The translations under genes and the position numbers were made by a program. This document shows, piece after piece, positions 41,006-50,716 of a stretch of DNA of 64,000 nucleotides. This stretch comes from an uncultured cyanobacterium (GTDB lineage Bacteria; Cyanobacteriota; Cyanobacteriia; Cyanobacteriales; Cyanobacteriaceae), in assembly GCA_963749915.1 (NCBI GenBank), contig CAVVOP010000020.1:32001-96000 (forward strand). The letters run 5' to 3'. Position 1 is the stretch's first letter. Each line of letters opens with the position of its first letter. The notes under the pieces were generated by a model. The model did no database searches. It saw only the letters and a list, made by a program, of their open reading frames with translations, and was not told the origin of the DNA.

Positions 41006-41656
41006 TTGATGAAAAACGTAATTAAGCTGAGCTCAAAACTAATATTCCTGTTACCAATACCATTGATACTCTTAGCTACTCCTGCCGCTTTAGCACATCA
41101 TCCTATGGGTAAGATGACCCCCGATAACTTTTATGGTGGTTTTATGTCAGGTTTAGCACATCCTGTCATCGGTTTGGATCATCTAGCTTTTATAGTCGGG
41201 GTGGGATTATTAGGTAGTTTATCCTCTTGGGGTATGATTATCCCTATAGGTTTTGTTCTTACTTCGATACTAGGTACAGTTGCACATTTAATGAGTATAG
41301 ATTTACCTGTGCCGGAATTGATTATTTCTTTATCGGTGTTAATTAGTGGCTTAATGTTAGCTAAAGGAAATTTGCCCAAAAATCTTCCTGGGATAACTTT
41401 AGCATTGATAGCCGGAATTTTTCACGGTTACGCTTACGGAGAAAGCATTGTCGGTGCAGAAACGACTCCTTTATTTGCTTATCTAGCTGGTTTCGCTTTA
41501 ATTCAAACTCTTATTGCTTTTGGTTGTTATAAATGGGCAAAATCTTTGCAAAATCAGTCTTCTCCTAAAAATTCTTCCTCTTTAATAGTAAGATTTATTG
41601 GTTGTGTTATTTTCGGTATGGGTATAACTTTTCTGTCTAATTTTCTAGGGGCTTAA
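41006..41656 (+). CDS. hupE: HupE/UreJ family Ni/Co transporter
   Basis: Signal peptide ALAHH, GLAHPVIGLDH and FHGYAYG motifs. Confidence 0.9.
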   Translation: MMKNVIKLSSKLIFLLPIPLILLATPAALAHHPMGKMTPDNFYGGFMSGLAHPVIGLDHLAFIVGVGLLGSLSSWGMIIPIGFVLTSILGTVAHLMSIDLPVPELIISLSVLISGLMLAKGNLPKNLPGITLALIAGIFHGYAYGESIVGAETTPLFAYLAGFALIQTLIAFGCYKWAKSLQNQSSPKNSSSLIVRFIGCVIFGMGITFLSNFLGA

Positions 41657-41702
41657 ATAATTAACAATTAACAATTAACAATCAATTATTAATTAAATTA
41701 TT

Positions 41703-43511
41703 ATGCTAATCCCTTTAGTTAGTACTTTTATTGCTATTATTATTAGCTTTATTGGTTGGTTAATTTATCAAGGTAAATTTACTCTTTTACCCCATAACTT
41801 ATCTTTAATTTTTAAACAAAATAAACTAATTTTACTAGGTCTAAATCTTCTCTCCTTTGGTTTATTATTAGGATTAGTTGGTTATAGTTTAAGTCTGGCA
41901 GGTAGTTTTCGTTATATTAGACTAATTTTCTTTGTTATCGGCTTTATTTGCATAAAAATATCTTTAGCTAAAAACTTAGATAAATTACCCGAATTACCTT
42001 CATTCATTAAAGCTGTTATAAATATCAATAGTACCCAAAGTCTACAAATATTTGCGGGAATTATTATCAGTTTTTTACTCCTAAAAAGTTTATTAGCCGT
42101 GGATTGGATTAGTGGTGATACCTGGATGTATCAACTACCTTTCGCCGCTCGTTTTTGGGGGTTAGTTTCACCAGAACAATATATATTTGAGGCTGAAAGG
42201 GAGCCTTTTTATAATACTTCTACGATGTTGCCGAATATTTTACAAGGTTTTTTCTGGTATTTATTCGGCATAAAACGTCCTCAAGGTGCCAATTTAGTTA
42301 GTTTTTTGAGTTTAATTGGTTATTTCGTTTTTATTAAACGTTATCTTAAAATCCCTTATTATTTATCGGTGATTGCTATTTTAGCCGTGCCGTTAATTCA
42401 CATTGCCACAACCAGTTGTTATGTAGATTTATTGACTAATGTTGGTTTTAGTATTGCCTTAATTATTACTTATTTATTATATCTAAAAGAAGATTTTATT
42501 AATTATAAAAATGTCTCTATATTTATTTTAGGAGGTTTTATTGCCGCTAACAGTAAATATTTATTGGTACCGCCTTTAGCCTTGATAATGTTGTTAGTTT
42601 TTATAAGAATTGTCTGGTTAATTTTTTACCGTTTTAATCCTGTTAAGAAGGTTAAAAATATTCTCAAATTACTCTTTACCATTATGGGGGTAAGTGTAGT
42701 AATCTTTATTACTGAATTTAAAAATTTAGTCTTGTATCAAAACCCTTTTTATCCGTTACAAGTAACTATTTTTGGTCATGAATTAAATCATACTATCGTG
42801 CCTAGTGGTGATTATATGTCAGCGAAGATTCGGGCAATGTGGCCCATACAAAGATGGATTTTCTCTCTATTAGAAATAGGTGCTTTTGACGAAAGAAGGC
42901 CTTGGCGTTGGACAATAGCAATGGATTATGTACCCTTAGATGCAGATAGTTTTGGTATGGGGGGATATTTTGGTATTTATGTTATTTTTAATGTGCTTTT
43001 ATTTGCCTATTTATGTAAGAAAAACAATCCAGAAACAAGAGTTGCTTTAGGTTTAGTAATTATCATGACCATAGTGACTCCTTTTCTTCCATTTTCTTAT
43101 CAATTAAGATACTATATGTATTGGATAATGGTTTTGATAACCCTTAATTTATATTTACTTTTACAACATTATAATTTAACTAAAAATTTATGGTTACAAC
43201 CACAAAATTATGCTTATGTCGGCATAACAATTATGATGATTTTTATGATTTCAACCCGTTGGGATTATACTTATCCTAACGCTATGTCTTTAGATAAATT
43301 TATGAATAGTGATAATCGTGTGGACGAAAAAGTTATTACTGATTTAGTAGAGAAAAAAAATGTTTGTTTAGTCGGTTTTACACCCCTCACTTTTTTATAT
43401 AATTCTCAGTTTCATGAAGGTAAAAATTACTTAGTTAAAGCGGAATTTAATTTGAGTGAAGAAGAAGTTAAAGAAAAATGCGGCCATCGACTTATAATTT
43501 ATAAACAGTAA
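41703..43511 (+). CDS. Polytopic membrane protein, possible GT-C fold glycosyltransferase
   Basis: 602 aa, many TM segments, GD..MYQLPFAAR loop and NPFYP motif, next to a GT2 gene. Confidence 0.6.
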   Translation: MLIPLVSTFIAIIISFIGWLIYQGKFTLLPHNLSLIFKQNKLILLGLNLLSFGLLLGLVGYSLSLAGSFRYIRLIFFVIGFICIKISLAKNLDKLPELPSFIKAVININSTQSLQIFAGIIISFLLLKSLLAVDWISGDTWMYQLPFAARFWGLVSPEQYIFEAEREPFYNTSTMLPNILQGFFWYLFGIKRPQGANLVSFLSLIGYFVFIKRYLKIPYYLSVIAILAVPLIHIATTSCYVDLLTNVGFSIALIITYLLYLKEDFINYKNVSIFILGGFIAANSKYLLVPPLALIMLLVFIRIVWLIFYRFNPVKKVKNILKLLFTIMGVSVVIFITEFKNLVLYQNPFYPLQVTIFGHELNHTIVPSGDYMSAKIRAMWPIQRWIFSLLEIGAFDERRPWRWTIAMDYVPLDADSFGMGGYFGIYVIFNVLLFAYLCKKNNPETRVALGLVIIMTIVTPFLPFSYQLRYYMYWIMVLITLNLYLLLQHYNLTKNLWLQPQNYAYVGITIMMIFMISTRWDYTYPNAMSLDKFMNSDNRVDEKVITDLVEKKNVCLVGFTPLTFLYNSQFHEGKNYLVKAEFNLSEEEVKEKCGHRLIIYKQ

Positions 43512-43609
43512 ACTAAGGCTAATAAATAATGGATAATTAGTAATTAGAAATAAGCAATTAATTCTCATCATCAACTGTCAACTATCAATTATCAACAACC
43601 AACTAAATA

Positions 43610-44737
43610 ATGAATTCCCTCGAATTATCAATTATTATGCCCTGTTTGAATGAGGCAGAAACCCTCGCTACTTGTATTGAAAAAGCACAAAGATATTTAC
43701 AAGAATATCAGATAACAGGAGAAGTACTTATTGCAGATAATGGTAGTAATGATGGTTCCCAAGAAATCGCCACTAACATGGGTGCAATATTGGTTAACGT
43801 AAAAGAAAAAGGTTACGGTAGTGCAATTATGGGGGGAATTTTGGCGGCGAAGGGTGAGTTTATTATTATGGCTGATGCTGATGATAGTTACGATTTTACT
43901 AAACTTCATCCTTTTATGGAAAAATTGCGAGGGGGTTATGATTTAGTCATGGGAAATCGTTTTAAAGGAGGCATTAAACCTCATGCGATGCCTTTTTTGC
44001 ACAGGTATTTAGGCAATCCCGTATTAACATGGTCAGGAAAACTTTTTTTTCGCAGTCCATGTAATGATTTTCACTGTGGTTTAAGGGGGTTCCGTAAACA
44101 AGCGATATTGAGTTTAAATTTGCGCACTACCGGTATGGAATTTGCGTCGGAAATGGTAGTCAAATCTACCTTAAACGGACTAAAAATAACGGAAGTCCCT
44201 ACCACTTTATACCCCGATGGCCGCTCTCGTAAACCCCATTTGCGCACCTGGCGTGACGGTTGGCGACATTTACGGTTTTTATTATTATATAGCCCCCGTT
44301 GGTTGTTTCTTTATCCCGGATTTTTTCTCATGATTATGGGCTTGATTACTACCATAATTTTATTATACAGTCCCCGAGTCCACAGTTTATTATATTCGGC
44401 CACGGCGATTATTATTGGATTTCAGTTAGTTAATTTTGCCATTTTTACCAAAGTTTATGCTATGCAAGAAGGGTTATTACCACAAGACAAAAAGTTATTA
44501 AAATTCATTGATTTCTTTACTTTAGAACAGGGATTGATTCTGGGTACAATCTTATTTTTACTTGGCGGCTTTACTTCAATTTTAGCTTTGTTTCAGTGGG
44601 AATCTGCCGGTTTTGGGTCATTAAATCCTGTACTTACTATGCGTTTAGTTATTCCTTCAGTAACAGCCATAGCCCTAGGACTACAAATTATTTTTGCTAG
44701 TTTTTTCTTGAGTATTTTCCAATTAAAAACAAAATAG
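43610..44737 (+). CDS. Glycosyltransferase family 2 (polyprenol-phosphate glycosyltransferase-like)
   Basis: PCLNEAE, DNGSNDGS, DADDSY and RDGWRHLR motifs with C-terminal TM helices. Confidence 0.92.
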   Translation: MNSLELSIIMPCLNEAETLATCIEKAQRYLQEYQITGEVLIADNGSNDGSQEIATNMGAILVNVKEKGYGSAIMGGILAAKGEFIIMADADDSYDFTKLHPFMEKLRGGYDLVMGNRFKGGIKPHAMPFLHRYLGNPVLTWSGKLFFRSPCNDFHCGLRGFRKQAILSLNLRTTGMEFASEMVVKSTLNGLKITEVPTTLYPDGRSRKPHLRTWRDGWRHLRFLLLYSPRWLFLYPGFFLMIMGLITTIILLYSPRVHSLLYSATAIIIGFQLVNFAIFTKVYAMQEGLLPQDKKLLKFIDFFTLEQGLILGTILFLLGGFTSILALFQWESAGFGSLNPVLTMRLVIPSVTAIALGLQIIFASFFLSIFQLKTK

Positions 44738-44833
44738 TTAACCCTTCTGATTTTTTTCTTTCTTGACTTTCTACTTTTGTGGCCAATTTGTTCAAAAAAC
44801 TCTTACCCATAGCCTTGAAGAAGATTAAATTTT

Positions 44834-45658
44834 ATGTTTTCAATTAATCGTCCAAAAATCCCTCGTTACTTTAGCCCAAAACCTACAAAATTAAAGGGTT
44901 TTACTCTCTTAGCCTTCAGCACTTTTATCTTCAGTATTTTAATGGCAGTTTTTGCTTTTTCGACTTTTATTCTCGGTATGTTTTTCGTTGCCAATCCTGC
45001 TTTAGCACAAAATAGCACAGGAAGTGCTGTCAATCCTCAGGAATGGTTAGTCAATACTTTACATTGGATTGATAATTTAGGTAGTCTAGGGGCGATCACT
45101 TTTATCGTTGTTTATATAATTGCTACCGTAGCTTTTCTTCCGGGTTCAATTTTAACCTTAGGTGCAGGGGTAGTTTTTGGGGTGGTGTGGGGTTCAATTT
45201 ATGTATTTATTGGTGCGACCATTGGGGCTACAGGAGCATTTTTAGTGGGGAGATATATCGCTAGAGGATGGGTAGCTAGTAAAATTGAAGGAAACCATAA
45301 ATTTAAGGCAATAGATCAAGCAGTAGGCAAAGAAGGATTGAAAATAGTCCTTTTAACCCGTTTATCTCCTGTTTTCCCCTTTAATTTACTAAATTATGCC
45401 TATGGAGTAACTGGCGTTTCTCTGAAAGACTATGTTGTCGGTTCAGTGGGCATGATTCCGGGAACAATTATGTATGTTTATCTTGGCTCATTAGCCGGTA
45501 ATTTAGCCACTATTGGCACAGAAACTCCCCCAGCCAATCCCATAGCCCAATGGAGTATTCGTATTATTGGTTTTATAGCTACTGTTGCCGTGACTTTATT
45601 TGTGACAAAATTAGCCCGAAAAGCACTCAATGATGCTGTTTTAGAACCAATTGAATAG
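44834..45658 (+). CDS. TVP38/TMEM64 (VTT/DedA) family membrane protein
   Basis: LPGSILTLGAG and RLSPVFPFNLLNY motifs. Confidence 0.92.
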   Translation: MFSINRPKIPRYFSPKPTKLKGFTLLAFSTFIFSILMAVFAFSTFILGMFFVANPALAQNSTGSAVNPQEWLVNTLHWIDNLGSLGAITFIVVYIIATVAFLPGSILTLGAGVVFGVVWGSIYVFIGATIGATGAFLVGRYIARGWVASKIEGNHKFKAIDQAVGKEGLKIVLLTRLSPVFPFNLLNYAYGVTGVSLKDYVVGSVGMIPGTIMYVYLGSLAGNLATIGTETPPANPIAQWSIRIIGFIATVAVTLFVTKLARKALNDAVLEPIE

Positions 45659-45689
45659 AAAATAATATCTTATCACTTACGTCAATATC

Positions 45690-47234
45690 ATGACTAAATC
45701 AAGAGCAAATTCGGTAAAAGTCCTCCCCCTAGATGAATATAATCAACAATTAATCTCTTATGTTCATCCTCTTGATTGGGTTAATCCCACTCCCCAAGAT
45801 AAATATGACTTAGTAGTAATCGGTGCCGGTACAGCGGGATTAGTAGTAGCGGCAGGTGCAGCCGGTTTAGGATTAGGCTTAAAAGTTGCTTTAGTAGAAA
45901 AGTATTTAATGGGGGGAGATTGTCTTAATTTTGGCTGTGTACCCTCTAAAGCCATTATTAGATCTGCTAAAGTTATTGGTGAAATTTTAAAAGCAGAAAA
46001 ACTGGGTATTAAAGTCACAGAAAAAGAAATAAATTTTCCCCTGATTATGGAAAGAATGCGTAAAATAAGAGCGAATATTAGTCAGCATGATTCGGCGGCA
46101 AGATTTAAAAATTTAGGCATAGATATATTTTTAGGACAGGCTCGTTTTTTAAGCACTAACGTAGTGGAAGTTACTGGACAAAAATTAGTCTATAAAAAAG
46201 CAGTTATCGCTACGGGGGCAAGGGCAGTTGAGCCGAAGATTGAAGGAATAAAAGAAACAGGTTTTCATACTAATGAAACTATTTTTTCTTTAACAAAATT
46301 ACCTTCCAGCTTAGCCGTAATTGGTGCCGGCCCTATTGGTTGCGAATTAGCTCAAACTTTCCAGCGTTTAGGCTCAAATGTTACCTTATTTCACAAGTAT
46401 GATCGTATTTTGAATAAAGAGGATATTGAGGCGGCAAAAATTATTGAAAATGCTTTTAAACAAGAGGGAATTAATCTTGTTTTTAGTGCTCAATTTTTAG
46501 GTGTAGAAAAGGCAGAACAAGGCAAAAAAATTGACTACAAATCAAATAATATTGAACAATCAATGATCGTGGAAGAAATTTTAATTGGGGCGGGAAGAAC
46601 TCCCAATATAGAAGGTTTAAATTTAGAAGCAGTGGGGGTTGAATATGACTCTCGTCAAGGAGTAAAAGTTAATGATTATTTGCAAACCACAAACCCCAAA
46701 ATATATGCCGCAGGAGATATTTGCTTGCCCTATAAATTTACTCACACAGCCGATGCTGCCGCTCGAATTGTCATTAAAAATGCTCTCTTTTCTCCTTTTG
46801 GTTTGGGCAAAGCCAAATTTAGCAATTTAGTAATCCCCTGGGTTACCTATACGGATCCCGAAATTGCTCATGTTGGCAAGTATGAACATCAGTTAGAAGA
46901 AGATGGCATTGAGTTTAATACGATTAAGATTTTAATGAGTAGTGTTGATAGGGCGATCACTGATGAAGAAACAGAAGGTTTTGTTAAAGTATACCATCAA
47001 AAAGGCTCAGATAAGATCTTGGGAGCAACGATCGTCGCATCTCATGCTGGAGAAATGATTTCGGAAATCACCTCAGGGATGGTAAACAACATCGGCTTAA
47101 ATAGTTTATCTAGTGTTATTCACTCCTATCCAACCCAAGCAGAAGCTATCAGAAAATCTGCTGACGCTTATCGTCGAACTCTTTTAACTCCCATATCCAA
47201 AAAAATATTGGGATTATTGACAAAATTATCTTGA
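45690..47234 (+). CDS. Pyridine nucleotide-disulfide oxidoreductase (mercuric reductase-like)
   Basis: GAGTAG, GGDCLNFGCVPSK and GAGPIGCE motifs. No C-terminal Cys-Cys pair. Confidence 0.88.
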   Translation: MTKSRANSVKVLPLDEYNQQLISYVHPLDWVNPTPQDKYDLVVIGAGTAGLVVAAGAAGLGLGLKVALVEKYLMGGDCLNFGCVPSKAIIRSAKVIGEILKAEKLGIKVTEKEINFPLIMERMRKIRANISQHDSAARFKNLGIDIFLGQARFLSTNVVEVTGQKLVYKKAVIATGARAVEPKIEGIKETGFHTNETIFSLTKLPSSLAVIGAGPIGCELAQTFQRLGSNVTLFHKYDRILNKEDIEAAKIIENAFKQEGINLVFSAQFLGVEKAEQGKKIDYKSNNIEQSMIVEEILIGAGRTPNIEGLNLEAVGVEYDSRQGVKVNDYLQTTNPKIYAAGDICLPYKFTHTADAAARIVIKNALFSPFGLGKAKFSNLVIPWVTYTDPEIAHVGKYEHQLEEDGIEFNTIKILMSSVDRAITDEETEGFVKVYHQKGSDKILGATIVASHAGEMISEITSGMVNNIGLNSLSSVIHSYPTQAEAIRKSADAYRRTLLTPISKKILGLLTKLS

Positions 47235-47356
47235 ACTTGCCCTGGTTCTAACGGATTTTGTGGGAAGTACAAATATAAAATTGCGTCATAGTTGGTCAAC
47301 AGGTTAAATATTAGGTTCTATTGACATTTGACAATAATGGGGAAGGGATGGGTAGT

Positions 47357-48517
47357 TCACGCACTTTCTTCATTGATTAAAAGAGTTTCTTGTTGATGAG
47401 TTTCTATGGCAACCCGAATTAATAACCCGGCTAAAATAAAACTACTCATAACCGAACTACCACCATAGCTTAAAAAAGGAAAAGGTAAACCCGTAGTCGG
47501 CAAAGATCCCGTATTCACCCCTATATTAAGTAAAGATTGTCCCACCAAAATCACCATTACTCCCACTGCCACTAAACGTTTAATGGGATGAGAACATTTT
47601 AATGTAATCAAAAAGGCAAGTGTTGCATAAGTAACCACCATTACAATTAAAATAAGACTGCCGACAAAGCCAAATTCCTCGGCGAAAACCGCAAAAATAA
47701 AGTCAGTGTATTGAAAAGGTAAATAAAATAATTTTTGTTGGGACATCCCGAAACCAACGCCGAATTTGCCACCAGAACCAATGGCTAGTAAACTTTGTAC
47801 TAACTGATAACCGTCACCCCTGGCATCTTCCCACGGATTTACAAATGAAACAATACGCTTCAACTGATAAGGATTAATCGCTACGCTCAAAGAAGCTGTA
47901 ATTGCACCCATCAACGCTGTGACCAATAACTGTATGTAAGGTAAACCAGCCGCTAAGGCCATTAACCATAAAGTCATACCACATAAAGCAGTCGTGCTTA
48001 AATTAGGTTGTTTTAAAATACAAGCTAAAGTAAAAGCGAAAATTCCTAACCATGCACCTTTTATTCCCCAAGGTTGCCTTTGCCAACTGCCAAAAATAGT
48101 TGCACCCTGTAAGACTAAAAACGGTTTGAGTAATTCTGACGGTTGAATTTGAATTGGTCCTAAAGCAATCCATCTTTCTGCACCATTTATATTTTGCCCT
48201 AAACCTGCTACCGTGCCAATAATTAAAAGTAAAATGAGGAGGTAAAACCAAGGGGAATATGTGAGAATTATTTTTAAAGATAATTCCGTGACGATTTTGA
48301 AGCAAATTAAGCCGATAATCATCCAAAATGCTTGACGTTTAAAATAAAACCAACCATCTCCGGCCCCATCTAATCCCACAGCATAAGAGGCGGAAAATAA
48401 GGCAATTAAACCAATTAATAACCACAAAAATGTTAACCAACGCAATAATCTCGCTTCCAGTGACCATTGATCTATATCTGGCTGATAGAATGGGATAACA
48501 TAACGGAAAATTTCCAT
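47357..48517 (-). CDS. ftsW: SEDS family peptidoglycan polymerase FtsW
   Basis: NGAERWI, QPSELLK, GYQLVQSL, TDFIFAVFAEEFG and SYGGSS motifs. Confidence 0.88.
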   Translation of the reverse strand: MEIFRYVIPFYQPDIDQWSLEARLLRWLTFLWLLIGLIALFSASYAVGLDGAGDGWFYFKRQAFWMIIGLICFKIVTELSLKIILTYSPWFYLLILLLIIGTVAGLGQNINGAERWIALGPIQIQPSELLKPFLVLQGATIFGSWQRQPWGIKGAWLGIFAFTLACILKQPNLSTTALCGMTLWLMALAAGLPYIQLLVTALMGAITASLSVAINPYQLKRIVSFVNPWEDARGDGYQLVQSLLAIGSGGKFGVGFGMSQQKLFYLPFQYTDFIFAVFAEEFGFVGSLILIVMVVTYATLAFLITLKCSHPIKRLVAVGVMVILVGQSLLNIGVNTGSLPTTGLPFPFLSYGGSSVMSSFILAGLLIRVAIETHQQETLLINEESA

Positions 48518-48570
48518 ATTGATCGAGGATATTATTGAAGTTGACTTTTCAGGATAACATATTCATACAA

Positions 48571-48680
48571 TTGACATTCTCCCATCAATAAATCAAAGAT
48601 GATAGTGGGGGATTCTAACTTCAACCACTCAACTTATCAGCTACACTCTCGCTCAACTGATAGACGTTGATGTGTCTATT
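48571..48680 (-). mobile_element. Orphan IS200/IS605 (TnpB-type) right end / omega-RNA-like scaffold
   Basis: The minus strand reads ...TATCAGTTGAGCGAGAGTGTAGCTGATAAGTTGAGTGGTTGAAGTTAGAATCCCCCACTATCATCTTTGATTTATTGATGGGAGAATGTCAA: a subterminal hairpin, GAAT upstream and a terminal TCAA. Confidence 0.65.
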
Positions 48681-48694
48681 AATTTTACGTAATT

Positions 48695-49696
48695 TTATGG
48701 TGAATTTGGTTGATGGTCAATATTTTGCTGTTGAGTCATCCACTGCCCATAAATATTAGCAAGAGGATTGGCCGTTAAACCGTGGGCTAAAACACTTAAT
48801 ATTATTGTGATGGAAACGATTACGGCAATTTCTTGACTGTAAGGTAATTTTTCATCGAGAACAATGACTACAAAAACAATACTTGCTAGTCCCCTAGGCC
48901 CAAACCAGCCTACAAATAGTTTCGTCCACAGATCTAATTTCATCCCAAATACCACCAGAAAAACAGGAAGCATCCGAATTAGGGTCAAACTCAAAATTCC
49001 GTAAAGGAGACCTTGCCAAGTAAATTTACTAAATGCCAACCCCACAACAGATGATCCAAAGGCTATCCAAGTGATTAAAGATAGACTATCGCCTGTGGCT
49101 TCGGCGGCGATTAATAGTTCTTCTTTCTCTTTTTTGACAATGCTTCCAAAGACAAGTCCTCCCATAAAGCAAGAAATAAATCCACTTCCTCCAAACACTT
49201 GGGCGGTGGCAAAACAGCCTATTGCTAAGGCGATCGGTAATATCGGTTGCCAGTCTAAAGCAATCCAATTGCGCTCAATCGAGAATTTTCGTAATTGTGT
49301 ACCGATGACGGAAAAACTAGCCCCAACTAATACTCCAATGCCAATTTGTTCTAGGAATAGAGTTGTTAGTAAGTTCACAGTTCCATTATCCGAATTATTT
49401 CCGGTGGTGGTTGCCAGTAATGCAAATAAAAGTGGAACACAAATCCCATCGTTTAAACCACTCTCAATATTAAGATCTTCCCGAATATTGTCGGGAATTT
49501 GGGGATTTGTCACAACAGCTTTACCTAAGGCGGCATCGGTGGGGGCTAACATAACGGCTAGTAATCCCGCCTCTATGGTACTGAATTCTGGGAATAGAAG
49601 AAGACTGACCCCAAATCCTACTAAACGTCCGGCAATCAGCGCGTAAATAAATACAAAAACTGCAATAATTGCCCAATCTGTATAAGGTTGAAACAT
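48695..49696 (-). CDS. Cation:proton antiporter (CPA1), apparently with an in-frame N-terminal deletion (possible pseudogene)
   Basis: APTDAALG, ESGLNDG and WFGPRGLAS motifs are present, but the protein is only 333 aa and TM1 runs directly into GFG...APTD. Confidence 0.75.
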   Translation of the reverse strand: MFQPYTDWAIIAVFVFIYALIAGRLVGFGVSLLLFPEFSTIEAGLLAVMLAPTDAALGKAVVTNPQIPDNIREDLNIESGLNDGICVPLLFALLATTTGNNSDNGTVNLLTTLFLEQIGIGVLVGASFSVIGTQLRKFSIERNWIALDWQPILPIALAIGCFATAQVFGGSGFISCFMGGLVFGSIVKKEKEELLIAAEATGDSLSLITWIAFGSSVVGLAFSKFTWQGLLYGILSLTLIRMLPVFLVVFGMKLDLWTKLFVGWFGPRGLASIVFVVIVLDEKLPYSQEIAVIVSITIILSVLAHGLTANPLANIYGQWMTQQQNIDHQPNSP

Positions 49697-49799
49697 AATT
49701 CAAGGACTTTATTTATCAATATACATTAAGTAAATTTGTACTAATTAAATCATGGGCTAGGTTTAGCTGATTTATCATCCTTATTCAAGAAGAAAAACT

Positions 49800-50453
49800 T
49801 TATTCTTTTTTATATAAACTAACTAATGTTGCAATGGATGTGGCAAGAAAAATTTGTCCACATAATGCTTCTAAATTGCTTAACATCATGACAAACTTAT
49901 TTAGAGGAGTTATATCACCATAACCGACTGTGGTCAAAGTCACAAAACTAAAATAAAACAAGTTAAAATTTACGTCCATTGGGTTAGATTCAGGAAAACG
50001 AAAAGCATTTGTATCCATAAAATAGATTAATTTATAAATTATAAAATAAAGTAACCCTATCATAATATAAATGCAAATTCCTGCCCTTATTACTTCCTGA
50101 TTCACTTTAGTTTGTTTGGAAACTTTTCTATAAATAGCGATAATTGAAAGCACTAAAAATATACCATATAAAATGTAACTTAGTGTCTCTAATAATTCTG
50201 ATAAATAAATTTGTTTATAAATGCCTATTAGATCAGTTAAAAGAGATAATACAGCGATAAGATAAAATATTTTAATAAGTTTACTGGAAACATTTAAGGT
50301 ACGAATTGCCCCAATAGTTATTAAGAAAAAACTCAATGGAAATAGAAAATAAATAACCTTAAAATATCGTGATAAAGGAAATAATAAAAACATAGTTACT
50401 AAATATAGCAAAAGCTGAGTATATTTAATATTTTTAGTTGGAAAATTTTTCAT
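49800..50453 (-). CDS. Potassium channel family protein (Ion_trans_2)
   Basis: YFSFVTLTTVGYGDITP selectivity filter. Confidence 0.9.
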   Translation of the reverse strand: MKNFPTKNIKYTQLLLYLVTMFLLFPLSRYFKVIYFLFPLSFFLITIGAIRTLNVSSKLIKIFYLIAVLSLLTDLIGIYKQIYLSELLETLSYILYGIFLVLSIIAIYRKVSKQTKVNQEVIRAGICIYIMIGLLYFIIYKLIYFMDTNAFRFPESNPMDVNFNLFYFSFVTLTTVGYGDITPLNKFVMMLSNLEALCGQIFLATSIATLVSLYKKE

Positions 50454-50716
50454 TATTTTGATATAAATTTTGTAAACTTTTCACGATAGCATTTTCGCAA
50501 ATAGATTTAATTGATCAATGGGAAATGCCAGTGATCCAACGTAGTAAGGTATTACATAATTAATAGGCGGTTGCCCCTCAACAGATGCTTCTGGGAAAGG
50601 TGCAAGATCCCAGCTCCTGACTAGCGGCGATCGCCATTTTTTCCTTATTTTTAGCGAACCTCCTCGTCCTGGGTTATAATCGTGATTTGCACAGCAATCA
50701 TTTTATCTCTTTTTTT

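Noticed and set aside
45690..47234. True mercuric reductase merA
   Set aside because: No C-terminal Cys-Cys, no HMA domain and no mer operon genes.
2888..50634. Recurrent GCGATCGC octamers
   Set aside because: These are HIP1 sites, a well-known cyanobacterial feature, useful only as a taxonomic cue.
50560..50640. Cobalamin riboswitch upstream of nrdB (GGGAAAGGTGCAAGATCCC)
   Set aside because: Only a partial resemblance. The CCCGCAACTGT and B12-box elements are not visible.
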